From contig JBEKKK010000001.1 of the NCBI GenBank assembly GCA_050010755.1, positions 480,001 to 544,000 of the forward strand: a stretch of 64,000 nt of DNA, read 5' to 3'. Source of the stretch: Candidatus Bathyarchaeia archaeon (lineage in GTDB: Archaea > Thermoproteota > Bathyarchaeia > Bathyarchaeales > Bathycorpusculaceae). The notes below the pieces were generated by a model. The model was given only the letters and a program-made list of their open reading frames with translations. It made no database searches and was not told the origin of the DNA. The translations under genes were made by a program, and so were the position numbers. Positions 1 to 9,048 of this stretch are shown one piece after another. Within the stretch, counting starts at the first letter, position 1; each line of letters begins with the position of its first letter.

Positions 1-759
1 CACCAAAGCTACACTGAAATCAAAAACTTCGTAAAAGGAACAGTCGCCCAAGACGCCCCGATAATACCAATCTCTGCACAAAGAGGAGTAAACATAGACA
101 TCCTCCTCCAAGCCATGGAAGAACTCATGCCGACACCCAAAAGAGACGAAACAAAACCTCCATTCATGTACGTCGTCCGTTCATTCGACATAAACAAACC
201 AGGCACCACCATCGACAAACTCGAAGGCGGAATCGTCGGAGGCACCATACTTGAGGGAAAACTCAAGATCGGAGACGAACTCGAAATCCGCCCCGGCATA
301 GCGGCCGAAGGAAAAAACACGTACGTGCCCTTGACCAGCGAAATAGTCAGTCTGCAAGCCGGAGGAAAAAGAGTTGAAGAAGCCCACTGCGGAGGCCTGG
401 TAGGCGTAGGCACGCTCCTAGACCCTTCGTACTCGAAAGCAGACGGACTGACAGGAAACATCGCTGGAAAAACAGGCATGCTCCCGCCGAACCTCACAGA
501 GTTGACGCTAGAAACACAAATCCTCGACCGTGCAGTCGGAACAAAAGAACTCATGAAAATAGAAGAAATATCCATGAACGAAACCCTACTCCTGCACGTT
601 GGCGCAGCCATAACCGTTGGAAAAGTGGCTTCAATAAGAAAAGACACCGTTCTCATCAAACTCACACGCCCAGTCTGCGCACAAACCGCCTCAAGAGTCG
701 CACTGAGCAGAAAAATCGCCGGCAGATGGAGACTCATAGGCTACGGAAAGATACACTAG
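1..759 (+). CDS. eif2g: Translation initiation factor aIF2 gamma subunit (5' partial)
   Basis: Frame open from base 1 (HQSYTEIKNFVKGTVAQDAPIIPISA); RSFDINKPG, GGIVGG, GGLVGVGTLLDP and WRLIGYG motifs. Confidence 0.97.
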   Translation, partial: HQSYTEIKNFVKGTVAQDAPIIPISAQRGVNIDILLQAMEELMPTPKRDETKPPFMYVVRSFDINKPGTTIDKLEGGIVGGTILEGKLKIGDELEIRPGIAAEGKNTYVPLTSEIVSLQAGGKRVEEAHCGGLVGVGTLLDPSYSKADGLTGNIAGKTGMLPPNLTELTLETQILDRAVGTKELMKIEEISMNETLLLHVGAAITVGKVASIRKDTVLIKLTRPVCAQTASRVALSRKIAGRWRLIGYGKIH

Positions 760-760
760 C

Positions 761-1183
761 ATGACAACGAAACCCACACCGACAAAAAGAACCACAAGAG
801 TAATTCTAGACTCAAACGCACTGTTCGTTCCAATTCAACTTAAGATAGATATTTTTCAAGAGTTGAAAACACTGCTTAACAGAAACTTTGAGCCTGTGCT
901 TCTCAAACCGATTCAAAAGGAGTTAGAAAGACTCGCGAGGGAAGGCTCTCCCCAAACGAGGAAAACAGCATCATACGCTCTCAAGCTCGCTGAAAAATGC
1001 ATGATAGTCGCCGTAAAAGAAGAAGCAGCTTCGCCGGACGACATAATCTTTCAAACAGCCCGCAGATGGAACTGCCCAGTTTTCACCAACGACAAAGAAC
1101 TCAGAGAGAAGCTAAGAAATATAAATGTGCCAGTTATCTATGTGAGGCAAAAGTCACGTCTGGAAATTGACGGGAGGCTATAA
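761..1183 (+). CDS. PIN-domain ribonuclease (Fcf1/Utp24-like)
   Basis: VILDSNAL, DDII, VFTNDKELREKL motifs; conserved position between aIF2-gamma and rpoE. Confidence 0.9.
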   Translation: MTTKPTPTKRTTRVILDSNALFVPIQLKIDIFQELKTLLNRNFEPVLLKPIQKELERLAREGSPQTRKTASYALKLAEKCMIVAVKEEAASPDDIIFQTARRWNCPVFTNDKELREKLRNINVPVIYVRQKSRLEIDGRL

Positions 1184-1186
1184 CCC

Positions 1187-1804
1187 CTGTTTAAACTTAT
1201 AACCCTAGAAGACACAATTCGAATTCCGCCCGAAACATTCGGCAACCCACTTGAAGCAGTGGGCCTTCAACAAGTCAAAACAAAATACGAAGGAAACGTA
1301 GACGAAGAACTGGGCTACGTCATCGCCGTAGTCGACGTAAAAGTTAGCCCAATAGGGAAAATAATCCCAGGAGACGGCGCCACATTTCACAAAGTCAACT
1401 TTTCACTGCTAACATTCTACCCCAAGATTCAGGAAGTCGTAGAAGGCGAAGTTGTGGAAATAGCCGATTTTGGCGCCTTCGTCCGCATAGGACCCATCGA
1501 CGCCCTGCTTCACGTTTCCCAGTTAATGGATGACTTCATCTCATACGACGAGAAACAAGGCGTCCTGCTGGGCAAAGAATCCCGGCGAAAACTCATGAGC
1601 GGCGACCAAGTTCGAGTCCGCATAACGGCAGTTTCACTCGGCAAAGCAGGAAGCTCCGGAAAAATAGGCGTAACAGCCAGACAGCCCTTCCTAGGCAAAC
1701 TGGACTGGATTGAATACGATTTGCAGAAGAACAAAGAGGCCGCGGAGAAGAAGCCCGCACAGAAACAGGAAATTACAGCCCCTAAGAAAGGCGAAACTAA
1801 ATGA
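1187..1804 (+). CDS. rpoE1: RNA polymerase subunit E' (Rpo7); probable CTG start
   Basis: (M)FKLITLEDTIRIPP N-terminus read from CTG at 1187; IIPGDGA and S1 domain FGAFVRIGPIDALLHVSQ. Confidence 0.95.
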   Translation: MFKLITLEDTIRIPPETFGNPLEAVGLQQVKTKYEGNVDEELGYVIAVVDVKVSPIGKIIPGDGATFHKVNFSLLTFYPKIQEVVEGEVVEIADFGAFVRIGPIDALLHVSQLMDDFISYDEKQGVLLGKESRRKLMSGDQVRVRITAVSLGKAGSSGKIGVTARQPFLGKLDWIEYDLQKNKEAAEKKPAQKQEITAPKKGETK

Positions 1805-1986
1805 GCGAAAAAGCATGCGCCACGTGCCACTTTCTGACGAAAGAAAACACTTGCCCCAAATGCAAAACGGCAACCCTAAGCGACGATTTCGGTGGGCTGG
1901 TCATAGTTTTCGACCCGGAGAACTCGGCGATTGCAAAAGCCATGGGGATCAAAGAGAAAGGACGTTACGCCCTAAAGGTTAGATAA
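1801..1986 (+). CDS. spt4: Transcription elongation factor Spt4 (RpoE'')
   Basis: ACATC...CPKC zinc ribbon, SAIAKAMGI, GRYALKVR; overlaps rpoE1 stop. Confidence 0.96.
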   Translation: MSEKACATCHFLTKENTCPKCKTATLSDDFGGLVIVFDPENSAIAKAMGIKEKGRYALKVR

Positions 1987-2517
1987 ATGCCCATTAAATA
2001 CAACTTGACGCCGGAACTGCGCGCAAAACTCAAACAACCGTTGGGCACACTTATTCGGGGCTCATTCACTGAAACTACAAATAGGTTCATTGAGATGGTG
2101 AATGCGGAGCACCCACCCAGCATTATAGCCGTCGGAGACACTGTCTCAGAAAACCTGGCCAAAAGTCATATTCTCGTGAAATTGTCAATAATAGACAATA
2201 AATGTATGAGGAAGAATGTTCAACCGAAGCCGCTTGGGATAGAAAAAGCCTTCCACGTCAAGAATCCGCAGGGAACGATAACTGAAGAAGCGATTGCAGC
2301 AATTCAAGAAGCTTTGCAGAGTAGTCAGCCCACGAAGATAGTTGTTGAAGGTGAAGAAGACTTGCTGACGCTGATCGCTATCATGAATGCCACACAAGAC
2401 TCGTTCGTCCTTTACGGTCAACCCCACGAAGGAATCGTAGTCGTCAAAGTCACACAGGACAAGAAGACAAAGATATCAGAACTCCTCAAAGCCATGGAAA
2501 AAGGTTCGAAAAACTAA
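1987..2517 (+). CDS. GTP-dependent dephospho-CoA kinase (DUF359)
   Basis: LKQPLG, VGD, NPQGTIT, VEGEEDLL, YGQPHEG motifs; conserved context. Confidence 0.92.
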   Translation: MPIKYNLTPELRAKLKQPLGTLIRGSFTETTNRFIEMVNAEHPPSIIAVGDTVSENLAKSHILVKLSIIDNKCMRKNVQPKPLGIEKAFHVKNPQGTITEEAIAAIQEALQSSQPTKIVVEGEEDLLTLIAIMNATQDSFVLYGQPHEGIVVVKVTQDKKTKISELLKAMEKGSKN

Positions 2518-2560
2518 ATAAGAGGCATCGCATCAAGTCAACACCGCACGAGGAAAACTC

Positions 2561-2875
2561 ATGGAAATCAAGATAACATCACAGAAAGAAAACCCGCTGC
2601 TGAAAAGGAAGGAGATACAATTTGATGTGGACCACTCCACCGGGAGCACTCCGCCCAGACTTGAAGTAAGAAGAGCAGTGGCCACCGCCTTGAAATCGAA
2701 CGTCGAGTTGGTTTTCATAAAAAAGTTCGAGACCAAAACGGGCACACATACAGCAGCAGGAGCCGCAAACCTCTACGAATCCATTGAGCAAGCAAAGCTT
2801 ATTGAACCTGAATACATTGTAAAAAGGAACGTACCGCCTGAAAAGCCCAAAGAAGAAGCAAAGGAGCAGAAGTAG
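2561..2875 (+). CDS. rps24e: 30S ribosomal protein S24e
   Basis: ENPLLKRKEI, STPPRLEVR, IEPEYIVKRN. Confidence 0.96.
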   Translation: MEIKITSQKENPLLKRKEIQFDVDHSTGSTPPRLEVRRAVATALKSNVELVFIKKFETKTGTHTAAGAANLYESIEQAKLIEPEYIVKRNVPPEKPKEEAKEQK

Positions 2876-2878
2876 ACC

Positions 2879-3235
2879 ATGTCCAAGAAAGCCGAGAAGA
2901 AAGAGGCACCAAAGAAAGAGGAACCGAAGAAGGGAGAAGAGCCCAAGAAAGGAGAACCGCCTAAGAAGGAGACCAAAAAGGTAGCGGTAGAAGCGCCCGT
3001 GGCAGCGCCGAAGGAAGAGCCAAAGCCAGCAAAGGTTGAAAAGGCACCGAAACCTGAGAAAAAGAAGAAAGAAGAGAAGGGTGTCTTCAAGCTGTACAAA
3101 GTTGAGAGCGACAAGGTCACCAGGCTTCGTCCCACGTGCGAACGTTGTGGACCGGGCTACTTCATGGCCGATCATGGCAACAGGTACACATGCGGACACT
3201 GTGGATTTACAAAGTACAAACCTGCTAAAGAATGA
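2879..3235 (+). CDS. rps27ae: 30S ribosomal protein S27ae (eS31) with long K/E/P-rich N-terminal extension
   Basis: C-terminal CERCGPGYFMADH...CGHCGFT zinc finger; follows rps24e. Confidence 0.93.
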   Translation: MSKKAEKKEAPKKEEPKKGEEPKKGEPPKKETKKVAVEAPVAAPKEEPKPAKVEKAPKPEKKKKEEKGVFKLYKVESDKVTRLRPTCERCGPGYFMADHGNRYTCGHCGFTKYKPAKE

Positions 3236-3272
3236 ACAGCTTTAAATCAACCGAAGGCTTGAATGTTCTCCG

Positions 3273-3707
3273 TTGATGAGTAAGATGATCCGCGTGAACG
3301 TTTCCATATCGAACGTTTCTGCAGAACGTTTTCTGGACATAAGAAAACCCATGCCAGCCGTGCAGATAAACACCAACCTTAACTTAACAGGTATGGAGAA
3401 GAAACCAGATGATTCTCTTGAGGTCCCCTTTGTGCTTACAATTAATTACAATCCTTCGGTAGCACAGATAAACCTGAAGGGAAAGGCTTACGTGATGGGC
3501 GACAAGACTGAGATTGACAAAATATACAAGGACTTCGAAGAAAAGAAACCTCCTCCGCCAACTATCGTACAATCAGTTTCAAACGTCGCGTTCATCGAAT
3601 CCGTGTTGATTTCCAGAACAATAAGCATCCCGCCGCCTATCCCACTGCCGCAGATAACTGAAACAAAAGCTGCCGAAAAACCCTCTGGCAGAGACTACAG
3701 CGCTTAA
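3273..3707 (+). CDS. Archaeal hypothetical protein
   Basis: 144-aa ORF with upstream TTTAAA box; Pro-rich C-terminal motif (IPPPIPLPQ). Confidence 0.75.
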   Translation: MMSKMIRVNVSISNVSAERFLDIRKPMPAVQINTNLNLTGMEKKPDDSLEVPFVLTINYNPSVAQINLKGKAYVMGDKTEIDKIYKDFEEKKPPPPTIVQSVSNVAFIESVLISRTISIPPPIPLPQITETKAAEKPSGRDYSA

Positions 3708-3734
3708 TGCAATGGAAGGACAAAGTCATTAAAG

Positions 3735-4139
3735 TTATTTCAGGGGTACGTACATCGAAGAACGCGAGGCTCCGATGCCCGGGGTTCCATGTCTGACAGG
3801 TTTGTTCGTGACCGCAAACTCCCCGAGATAGTGTCCAATCATGTCCGGCTTTATCTCCACTTGAACGAATTCCTTTCCGTTATGCACATGTATCGCAATG
3901 CCCACCATTTCAGGGAGGATAATCATGTTTCTAACGTGTGTCTTGACGGTTGGGCTTCCTCCCTTTCTGAGTTCTTCCATCGACCTCCTCACTTTTTCAA
4001 GCAGTATCCTCTGTTCTGGCTGCAGGCCGCGATGGAGGCTTCTCCTCTGCCTTGAAGGGAGCAGATTGATGAACTCGTCCATCGACATACTCTGCAACTG
4101 ATTGAGCGTCAACCCGCGATACATAAAATCTTTGGGCAT
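3735..4139 (-). CDS. rps19p: 30S ribosomal protein S19 (uS19)
   Basis: [36 protein letters not shown]. Confidence 0.97.
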   Translation of the reverse strand: MPKDFMYRGLTLNQLQSMSMDEFINLLPSRQRRSLHRGLQPEQRILLEKVRRSMEELRKGGSPTVKTHVRNMIILPEMVGIAIHVHNGKEFVQVEIKPDMIGHYLGEFAVTNKPVRHGTPGIGASRSSMYVPLK

Positions 4140-4169
4140 TCTTCTTCACCTGATCCGTGGTTCTTAATG

Positions 4170-4946
4170 CTATAAATCTTCTGCTTGTCTACTCATCTTT
4201 TCTTTTTCACGTGCACTCTTTGCTTTCCTTCCTGTTCCTCTAGCCGCAATCAGCCCGACCTTCTGGCCTGGTGGAGCGCCGTGAGAGGTCGTCGTCGCTT
4301 TCCGCGAGCTTCTCTTGCTGCTCCCGTAAGGATGCACTGCAGCAACCATTTTTCTACCGCTCGTCCTCGGATATTTGCGCCCTCGTGCCCTCATTAAATG
4401 GAATTTTGCACCTGCCTTCAGAAAAGGTTTATCTGTTCTTCCGGACGCTGAAACTATGCCGATTGTCGCTCTGCAGTGGTCAGCAATGTATTTTGCTCTT
4501 CCAGACGGAAGCTTCACCATAGTTCCCTGCGGAGTATGGTTCACCACCGTTGCGTATGCTCCTGAAGATCGCGAGAGTTTGCCACCGTCTCCCGGGCGCA
4601 GTTCAATGTTGCATATCATGGTGCCCTCCGGCACTTTTCCAACCGGAAGGATGTTGCCAACGTCAACAGGGGCTCTTCCGCCAATCTGGATTTGTAAGCC
4701 TGTGTAAACCCCTTCAGGAACGACGGTGTAACATGTTTCGCCGTTCTCGAACCTTATTAGAGCAAGAGGTGCGCCCCTTCCCGGATCATGCACAAGCTCT
4801 TCAATCACGCCTTTGATTGCTGCCTCAAAGTTTTCCTTCGGCCCGATTTTTGAAGGGTACCTCGCCGGAGCAACTCTCTTGTGAGTTGAAGCGCGGAACG
4901 TGGAACCGCCGCGCCCGCGTCTTTGAACACGAATTCTTTTTCCCAT
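4170..4946 (-). CDS. rpl2: 50S ribosomal protein L2
   Basis: MGKRIRVQRRGRG, HDPGRGAP, PPGQKVGLIAARGTG. Confidence 0.98.
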   Translation of the reverse strand: MGKRIRVQRRGRGGSTFRASTHKRVAPARYPSKIGPKENFEAAIKGVIEELVHDPGRGAPLALIRFENGETCYTVVPEGVYTGLQIQIGGRAPVDVGNILPVGKVPEGTMICNIELRPGDGGKLSRSSGAYATVVNHTPQGTMVKLPSGRAKYIADHCRATIGIVSASGRTDKPFLKAGAKFHLMRARGRKYPRTSGRKMVAAVHPYGSSKRSSRKATTTSHGAPPGQKVGLIAARGTGRKAKSAREKEKMSRQAEDL

Positions 4947-4967
4947 CAGTCAACCCGCCATGCAAGG

Positions 4968-5228
4968 TTAGAGTATTCCAAGCTTAATCGCCACATCAGC
5001 CGCCTTGTAATCTGGGTGAAGCTTAACGAAGGCCTTCTTTTCTCCACTCGGAGTTACCAGAGTGTTAACGCTTTCAACCTTCACTTCGTACAATTCTTCA
5101 ACGGCCCTCTTAACATCGGCTTTAGTCGCTTTCAAACTGACTGCGAAGGCCAGCTTGTTCTCTTTCTCAACCCTCAGACTCGCGGACTCAGTCATCAACG
5201 GGTAGAGAACAACTTCATAAGGATCCAT
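4968..5228 (-). CDS. rpl23: 50S ribosomal protein L23
   Basis: YPLMTESA, ENKLAF, KKAFVKL. Confidence 0.97.
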   Translation of the reverse strand: MDPYEVVLYPLMTESASLRVEKENKLAFAVSLKATKADVKRAVEELYEVKVESVNTLVTPSGEKKAFVKLHPDYKAADVAIKLGIL

Positions 5229-6019
5229 TATTCCCGTTCTCCTTTACCGTAAATCTCGCCAAGTCTCTCAATCGCATTGCTCGTCCACACTGTTAACCGT
5301 CCAGGATGCGTGCCCGGAGCAAGCAGTTCAACGTTCAGATCAGCAACAGTCACAACATCCACACCAGGGACGTTCCTTGCGGCCTCAAGTATCCCCTTGT
5401 TCTCAGCCACCACCACGAGAGGTCCGACAGCCCTCTTCAGTTTCCTCCCTCTGCTCTTGCCTCTTCCGGCACGGACTCTCCTGCCCTCCCTTGCCCTGAA
5501 GATTTCGGACAAGATTCCTAAGTGTATGAAAGCTGCCTCTGCATCCTTCGTCTTGGTGAGACTCTCAAAATCGTTGGTCACTACCAACGGTATCTCTGCG
5601 ACATCCTCAATATGATGACCCCGTGAAGCAACAACCTCTTTTGACGCTGTTGCAGCTATCGCCGAAAGCAGAGCCAGGCGCTTTTCCTTTTTCGAGATCT
5701 TCTTGATAATGTTCTTCTCTGACTTCGGTGGATGAGCTTGTCTACCGCTGACGGTTCCCGGAGCGAAAGCTGCCTCTCCTCCCGGGCCTTTGCGCCTTGG
5801 AATACGAGCAATCCCTCCACCCGTACCGCGCGATTCTGCCGAAGTTCTTTTCCCAGCCATAGGATCCCTGCCCTGTCGTTGGATCCTGTTCGACTGCAAA
5901 GCTAGAACCGCTCGTTTTATGACGTCAGGCCTCAACGGTGTTGCAAAAACCTTCGGAAGCTCAACCTTCCCAGTTGCTTTCCCTTCCAGGCTCAGAACCT
6001 TCGCCACTCTTTTCACCAC
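5228..6019 (-). CDS. rpl4: 50S ribosomal protein L4
   Basis: RPDVIKRA, AGKRTSAES, LLAPGTHPGRLTVWT. Confidence 0.97.
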   Translation of the reverse strand: MVKRVAKVLSLEGKATGKVELPKVFATPLRPDVIKRAVLALQSNRIQRQGRDPMAGKRTSAESRGTGGGIARIPRRKGPGGEAAFAPGTVSGRQAHPPKSEKNIIKKISKKEKRLALLSAIAATASKEVVASRGHHIEDVAEIPLVVTNDFESLTKTKDAEAAFIHLGILSEIFRAREGRRVRAGRGKSRGRKLKRAVGPLVVVAENKGILEAARNVPGVDVVTVADLNVELLAPGTHPGRLTVWTSNAIERLGEIYGKGERE

Positions 6020-6032
6020 TAGATCTCACCTT

Positions 6033-7046
6033 TCATCTTCCTTGTGGCGACTCGAGTGAAACGTACGTGATTTGCGGCGGTTCTCCAGCGACATTCGTCG
6101 GTGGGCGAGCCGGAAAGCGCAACCGTATTGGACGTTTCTCAGTGCCTGCTATGCTCCCCGCAAGTATGACGTACGACCCGCGGACAAGACCGTACCTCAA
6201 AAAACCGCCCTTCGGCGTCACTTCCTTGCCATCCTTGCCGATCTTGAGGATGCGCTTGTTGTACTCCGTTCTTTGGTGATAGCCCATCTGTCCAGCTCTT
6301 GCGACGCTGTACATCACATGATGTGGATTCCACGGACCAAGCGTTGCAATGCCTCTTTTGGTTTTTCTTCCCTTCGCCTGAAGTATCGTGACGCCCCAAC
6401 GCTTCACTGGACCCTGCCATCCCTTCCCTGTCGACACGGAAGCTACGTCCACGTATTGGCCTTCCTTGAAGATCTCGGCACTGGTAACAGCCTTGCCCAT
6501 AAGGTTCTTCGCAAACTCGAATTGTTGCTGAACTGTTCCTCCGCCCAGCTCTATCTCCGCAACGTCGGGTTTTTTCTTTGAGAGTCTAGTCTCTTGAGGT
6601 TGAGTGACTGCGACAACGCGTATCTTCGCCACTTTGGCCAGGTCTTGTTCAATCCTCTTCAGGCCTTCTTCGGCCTTGAAGTTTTCGGGCAACGTGAACA
6701 CTCGTTCGAGGCTTTCTGGTGGATTTTTGACCCATGCTTCGGTGAGACTGCGCAAACCGTCCACGTTTCGGGTGTACGCCCTAGTGGCGCATATGAGGAG
6801 CGGTGGGGTTTCCAGAACCGTGGCGGCGCGGATAACTTCCTTTCCAAAGTCGGGTGATCGCTTGCTGTCCTCGATGGCGAACACGTGAGTCATTCCCGCC
6901 TTGTAAGCTATGAAGCCTAGAAGTCTCGGCGTTTCCGCCTCTGTCGGCGGCCAAAAGTTCATTCTTGCCAACAGATGCTCGGCGCGTTTCCTAGGCAAAT
7001 ATGCGAGCGAACCATGTCTGGGAGCGTGTGTTTTCCTGTGGCCCAT
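6033..7046 (-). CDS. rpl3: 50S ribosomal protein L3
   Basis: PRHGSLAYLPRKRA, YKAGMTH, GQMGYHQRTEYNKRI. Confidence 0.98.
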   Translation of the reverse strand: MGHRKTHAPRHGSLAYLPRKRAEHLLARMNFWPPTEAETPRLLGFIAYKAGMTHVFAIEDSKRSPDFGKEVIRAATVLETPPLLICATRAYTRNVDGLRSLTEAWVKNPPESLERVFTLPENFKAEEGLKRIEQDLAKVAKIRVVAVTQPQETRLSKKKPDVAEIELGGGTVQQQFEFAKNLMGKAVTSAEIFKEGQYVDVASVSTGKGWQGPVKRWGVTILQAKGRKTKRGIATLGPWNPHHVMYSVARAGQMGYHQRTEYNKRILKIGKDGKEVTPKGGFLRYGLVRGSYVILAGSIAGTEKRPIRLRFPARPPTNVAGEPPQITYVSLESPQGR

Positions 7047-7190
7047 CGGTTTCCCACTTTGGTGTCTGTTTGGAATGAGAACAGCAAATCAGTGATGCTA
7101 CCTGAGTAGGCAGCATTTGGCTTGGTGTTTCACCCGTTTTTTAATGTGCTTTAACACAGAAGACGGGAGAGTATTTATGTCTTTTTCGGT
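7047..7190 (-). promoter_or_regulatory. Promoter (BRE/TATA-like) and structured ~100-nt 5' leader of the rpl3 operon
   Basis: Minus strand GAAAAAGACATAAATA at ~7172-7187; hairpin ATGCTGCCT-ACTC-AGGTAGCAT at 7095-7116. Confidence 0.55.
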
Positions 7191-7279
7191 TCGTCTGCCG
7201 TTCTGTGCCGGTTTTGTTTTTGGATGATGGTGTTTTGGGCTGTTTTTTTGTTTTCAGGCGTGGATTAGGCTTGGTCCAC

Positions 7280-7359
7280 GACTTGTTTCGACTTGTTTCG
7301 ACTTGAAATGACTCTGTTCGACTTGTTTCGACTGGATTCGTCTTGAAAAGACTTGATTC
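7280..7359. repeat. Tandem array of eight 10-bp units, consensus GACTTGTTTC
   Basis: gacttgtttc gacttgtttc gacttgaaat gactctgttc gacttgtttc gactggattc gtcttgaaaa gacttgattc. Confidence 0.9.
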
Positions 7360-7588
7360 GTCGTAGGCTTGTTTGGCACAGGTGGTTTTGCAGAGACTCC
7401 CGCATTGGAGTTTGCTCCCTCGGAAAAACCTGTTTTATCGTGTTGCGTCATTGAAGTGAGCTGAAAGAGATAGTGTTACTTAGTAAGGATTCAAATAGCC
7501 AACGCGTACAACAAACTCGTGAAAAAAAGGCGATGTTCCTGGCAAGAGGATTGTTCCTTTGCCTTTCCTCATTATACATTACAGAAAA

Positions 7589-8191
7589 TCAGTCTGTGTA
7601 TCGTTTTTTTGAAATGGCGGCTTTGAGGGATAGAGTACGGTCTTCTTGTTCTTCCCGTTCGATTTCCTCAAGGGCAGCTTCCATGAGTCTTCTCATTCTG
7701 CGGTTTTCGATTCGTTTCAGAATTTCCTCGCGGGTCAGGTATCGAGATTGTGAATTTGTACCTGAGACGCCGTCGAACCATTCTCCTCCGAGGTCTAGTT
7801 TTTGCTCTGCGATCATCACTCGCGAGTCAGCGTTCTCTCGACTTGTCTTGATGTGGTAGTCATCGACACTCTTTACGCCGATCAGAATGCCTCTTGTATC
7901 ATAAATTTCAATGGAATTCAGACTCTTCTTGGGGTGTATTATGTGGAAGGAAGTTTCGAAGCCGCAGTCTGGACAATAGAACCGGATATTCTCAAACTTC
8001 TTGTCGTGTCTGAGCCTAAAGTTTTTTCCGCCACAGTGTTGGCAGCCCGAATGTGCACGCTCAGCTAATGCGGGGTTATTAACACTTGCCCACCTCAAGT
8101 ATTGAGCTTCAGAAGAGACATCATTCTCAAGATTCTGGAATTCGATCCAACTGTGTTTCCGACTCCTCCCACGCTTGTGTGCAGTCACCAA
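7589..8191 (-). CDS. Hypothetical zinc-ribbon protein
   Basis: CQHC-x19-CPDC; charged helical C-terminus; GGTGA SD-like site upstream. Confidence 0.7.
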   Translation of the reverse strand: MVTAHKRGRSRKHSWIEFQNLENDVSSEAQYLRWASVNNPALAERAHSGCQHCGGKNFRLRHDKKFENIRFYCPDCGFETSFHIIHPKKSLNSIEIYDTRGILIGVKSVDDYHIKTSRENADSRVMIAEQKLDLGGEWFDGVSGTNSQSRYLTREEILKRIENRRMRRLMEAALEEIEREEQEDRTLSLKAAISKKRYTD

Positions 8192-8409
8192 CGCTCACCA
8201 TCCTAACAGTTCAGCCGCTGAGATTCAAACCCATACTGCCTTTTGGCAAACACCAACTAACCATGAACTGATTCGGGATATAAAACTCTATTCGGGTTCA
8301 CAACTACGCCAGCAAGATTCCTCTCTCGTCTAGCCAGATTTAGGCGCTTCACTATGAGCTTTCGGAAAATTGTTAAATTCCAGCATGCCTACGCTTCTGA
8401 GGGGATGAC

Positions 8410-9024
8410 ATGTCCGACGTCGCGCCTGAAATTGGGAATGCTCTTTACAGGTCGGGCTGCTTGAAGTTTGGCAGTTTTCGCATCAAGTCCGGGGCTCTTA
8501 GCCCGTACTACATTGACTTGGCATGCCTACTTGCATCTCCGGAGGATCTCTGCACCGTCGCGGATATCGCCTCGAATACCGTGAAGCGACTTGCAGCCTC
8601 AACCAGAATAGACAAGCTTGCCTCGATTGAGCTTAAAGGTGCCCTGCTCTTGGGAAGCATAGGCTGCCGAACAGGTTTACCATGCATCGTGGTGAGGAAA
8701 GAAGAGAAGACTTACGGAGCGACTGGAAGAATTGCTGGCGCAGAAGTTGTGAGAGATGATCACGTGCTGTTCTTTGATGACGTTGTCAGCGAGGGGTTGT
8801 CCAAGCTGGAGGGAATCAAACCCCTCGAACAGTTGGGGGCCAAAGTTGAAAACATCTTGGTCGTCGTCGACAGGGAGCAAGGCGGAAGAGAAAATCTTGA
8901 GAAAGCAGGCTATAGAGTCCATGCGCTCGCAAGGATATCTGAAATTGTCAACTCTCTTTTGGGAAGCAAGCGAATTTCAAAAGAACAGGCGGAAGCCGTT
9001 CTCAACTATGTCAAGCATTCGTGA
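8410..9024 (+). CDS. pyrE: Orotate phosphoribosyltransferase
   Basis: FGSFRIKSGALSPYYID, RKEEKTYG, PRPP motif FFDDVVSEG. Confidence 0.93.
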   Translation: MSDVAPEIGNALYRSGCLKFGSFRIKSGALSPYYIDLACLLASPEDLCTVADIASNTVKRLAASTRIDKLASIELKGALLLGSIGCRTGLPCIVVRKEEKTYGATGRIAGAEVVRDDHVLFFDDVVSEGLSKLEGIKPLEQLGAKVENILVVVDREQGGRENLEKAGYRVHALARISEIVNSLLGSKRISKEQAEAVLNYVKHS

Positions 9025-9048
9025 CTGGGCAAGCTCTGTCCGTCAGCT

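Noticed and set aside
2579-3199. Antisense 206-aa hydrophobic ORF and similar antisense/overlapping ORFs throughout
   Set aside because: They mirror well-supported genes on the other strand or frame.
3735-7046. Ribosomal operon ending after rps19 without rpl22/rps3
   Set aside because: Splitting of this operon is common in archaea and not remarkable alone.
7280-7359. CRISPR array (also considered for 20106-20237)
   Set aside because: Units are only 9-13 bp with no unique 30-40-bp spacers, and there are no cas genes.
7254-7451. 65-aa ORF over the 10-bp repeat
   Set aside because: A 10-bp period is not codon-phased, and there is no SD or protein motif.
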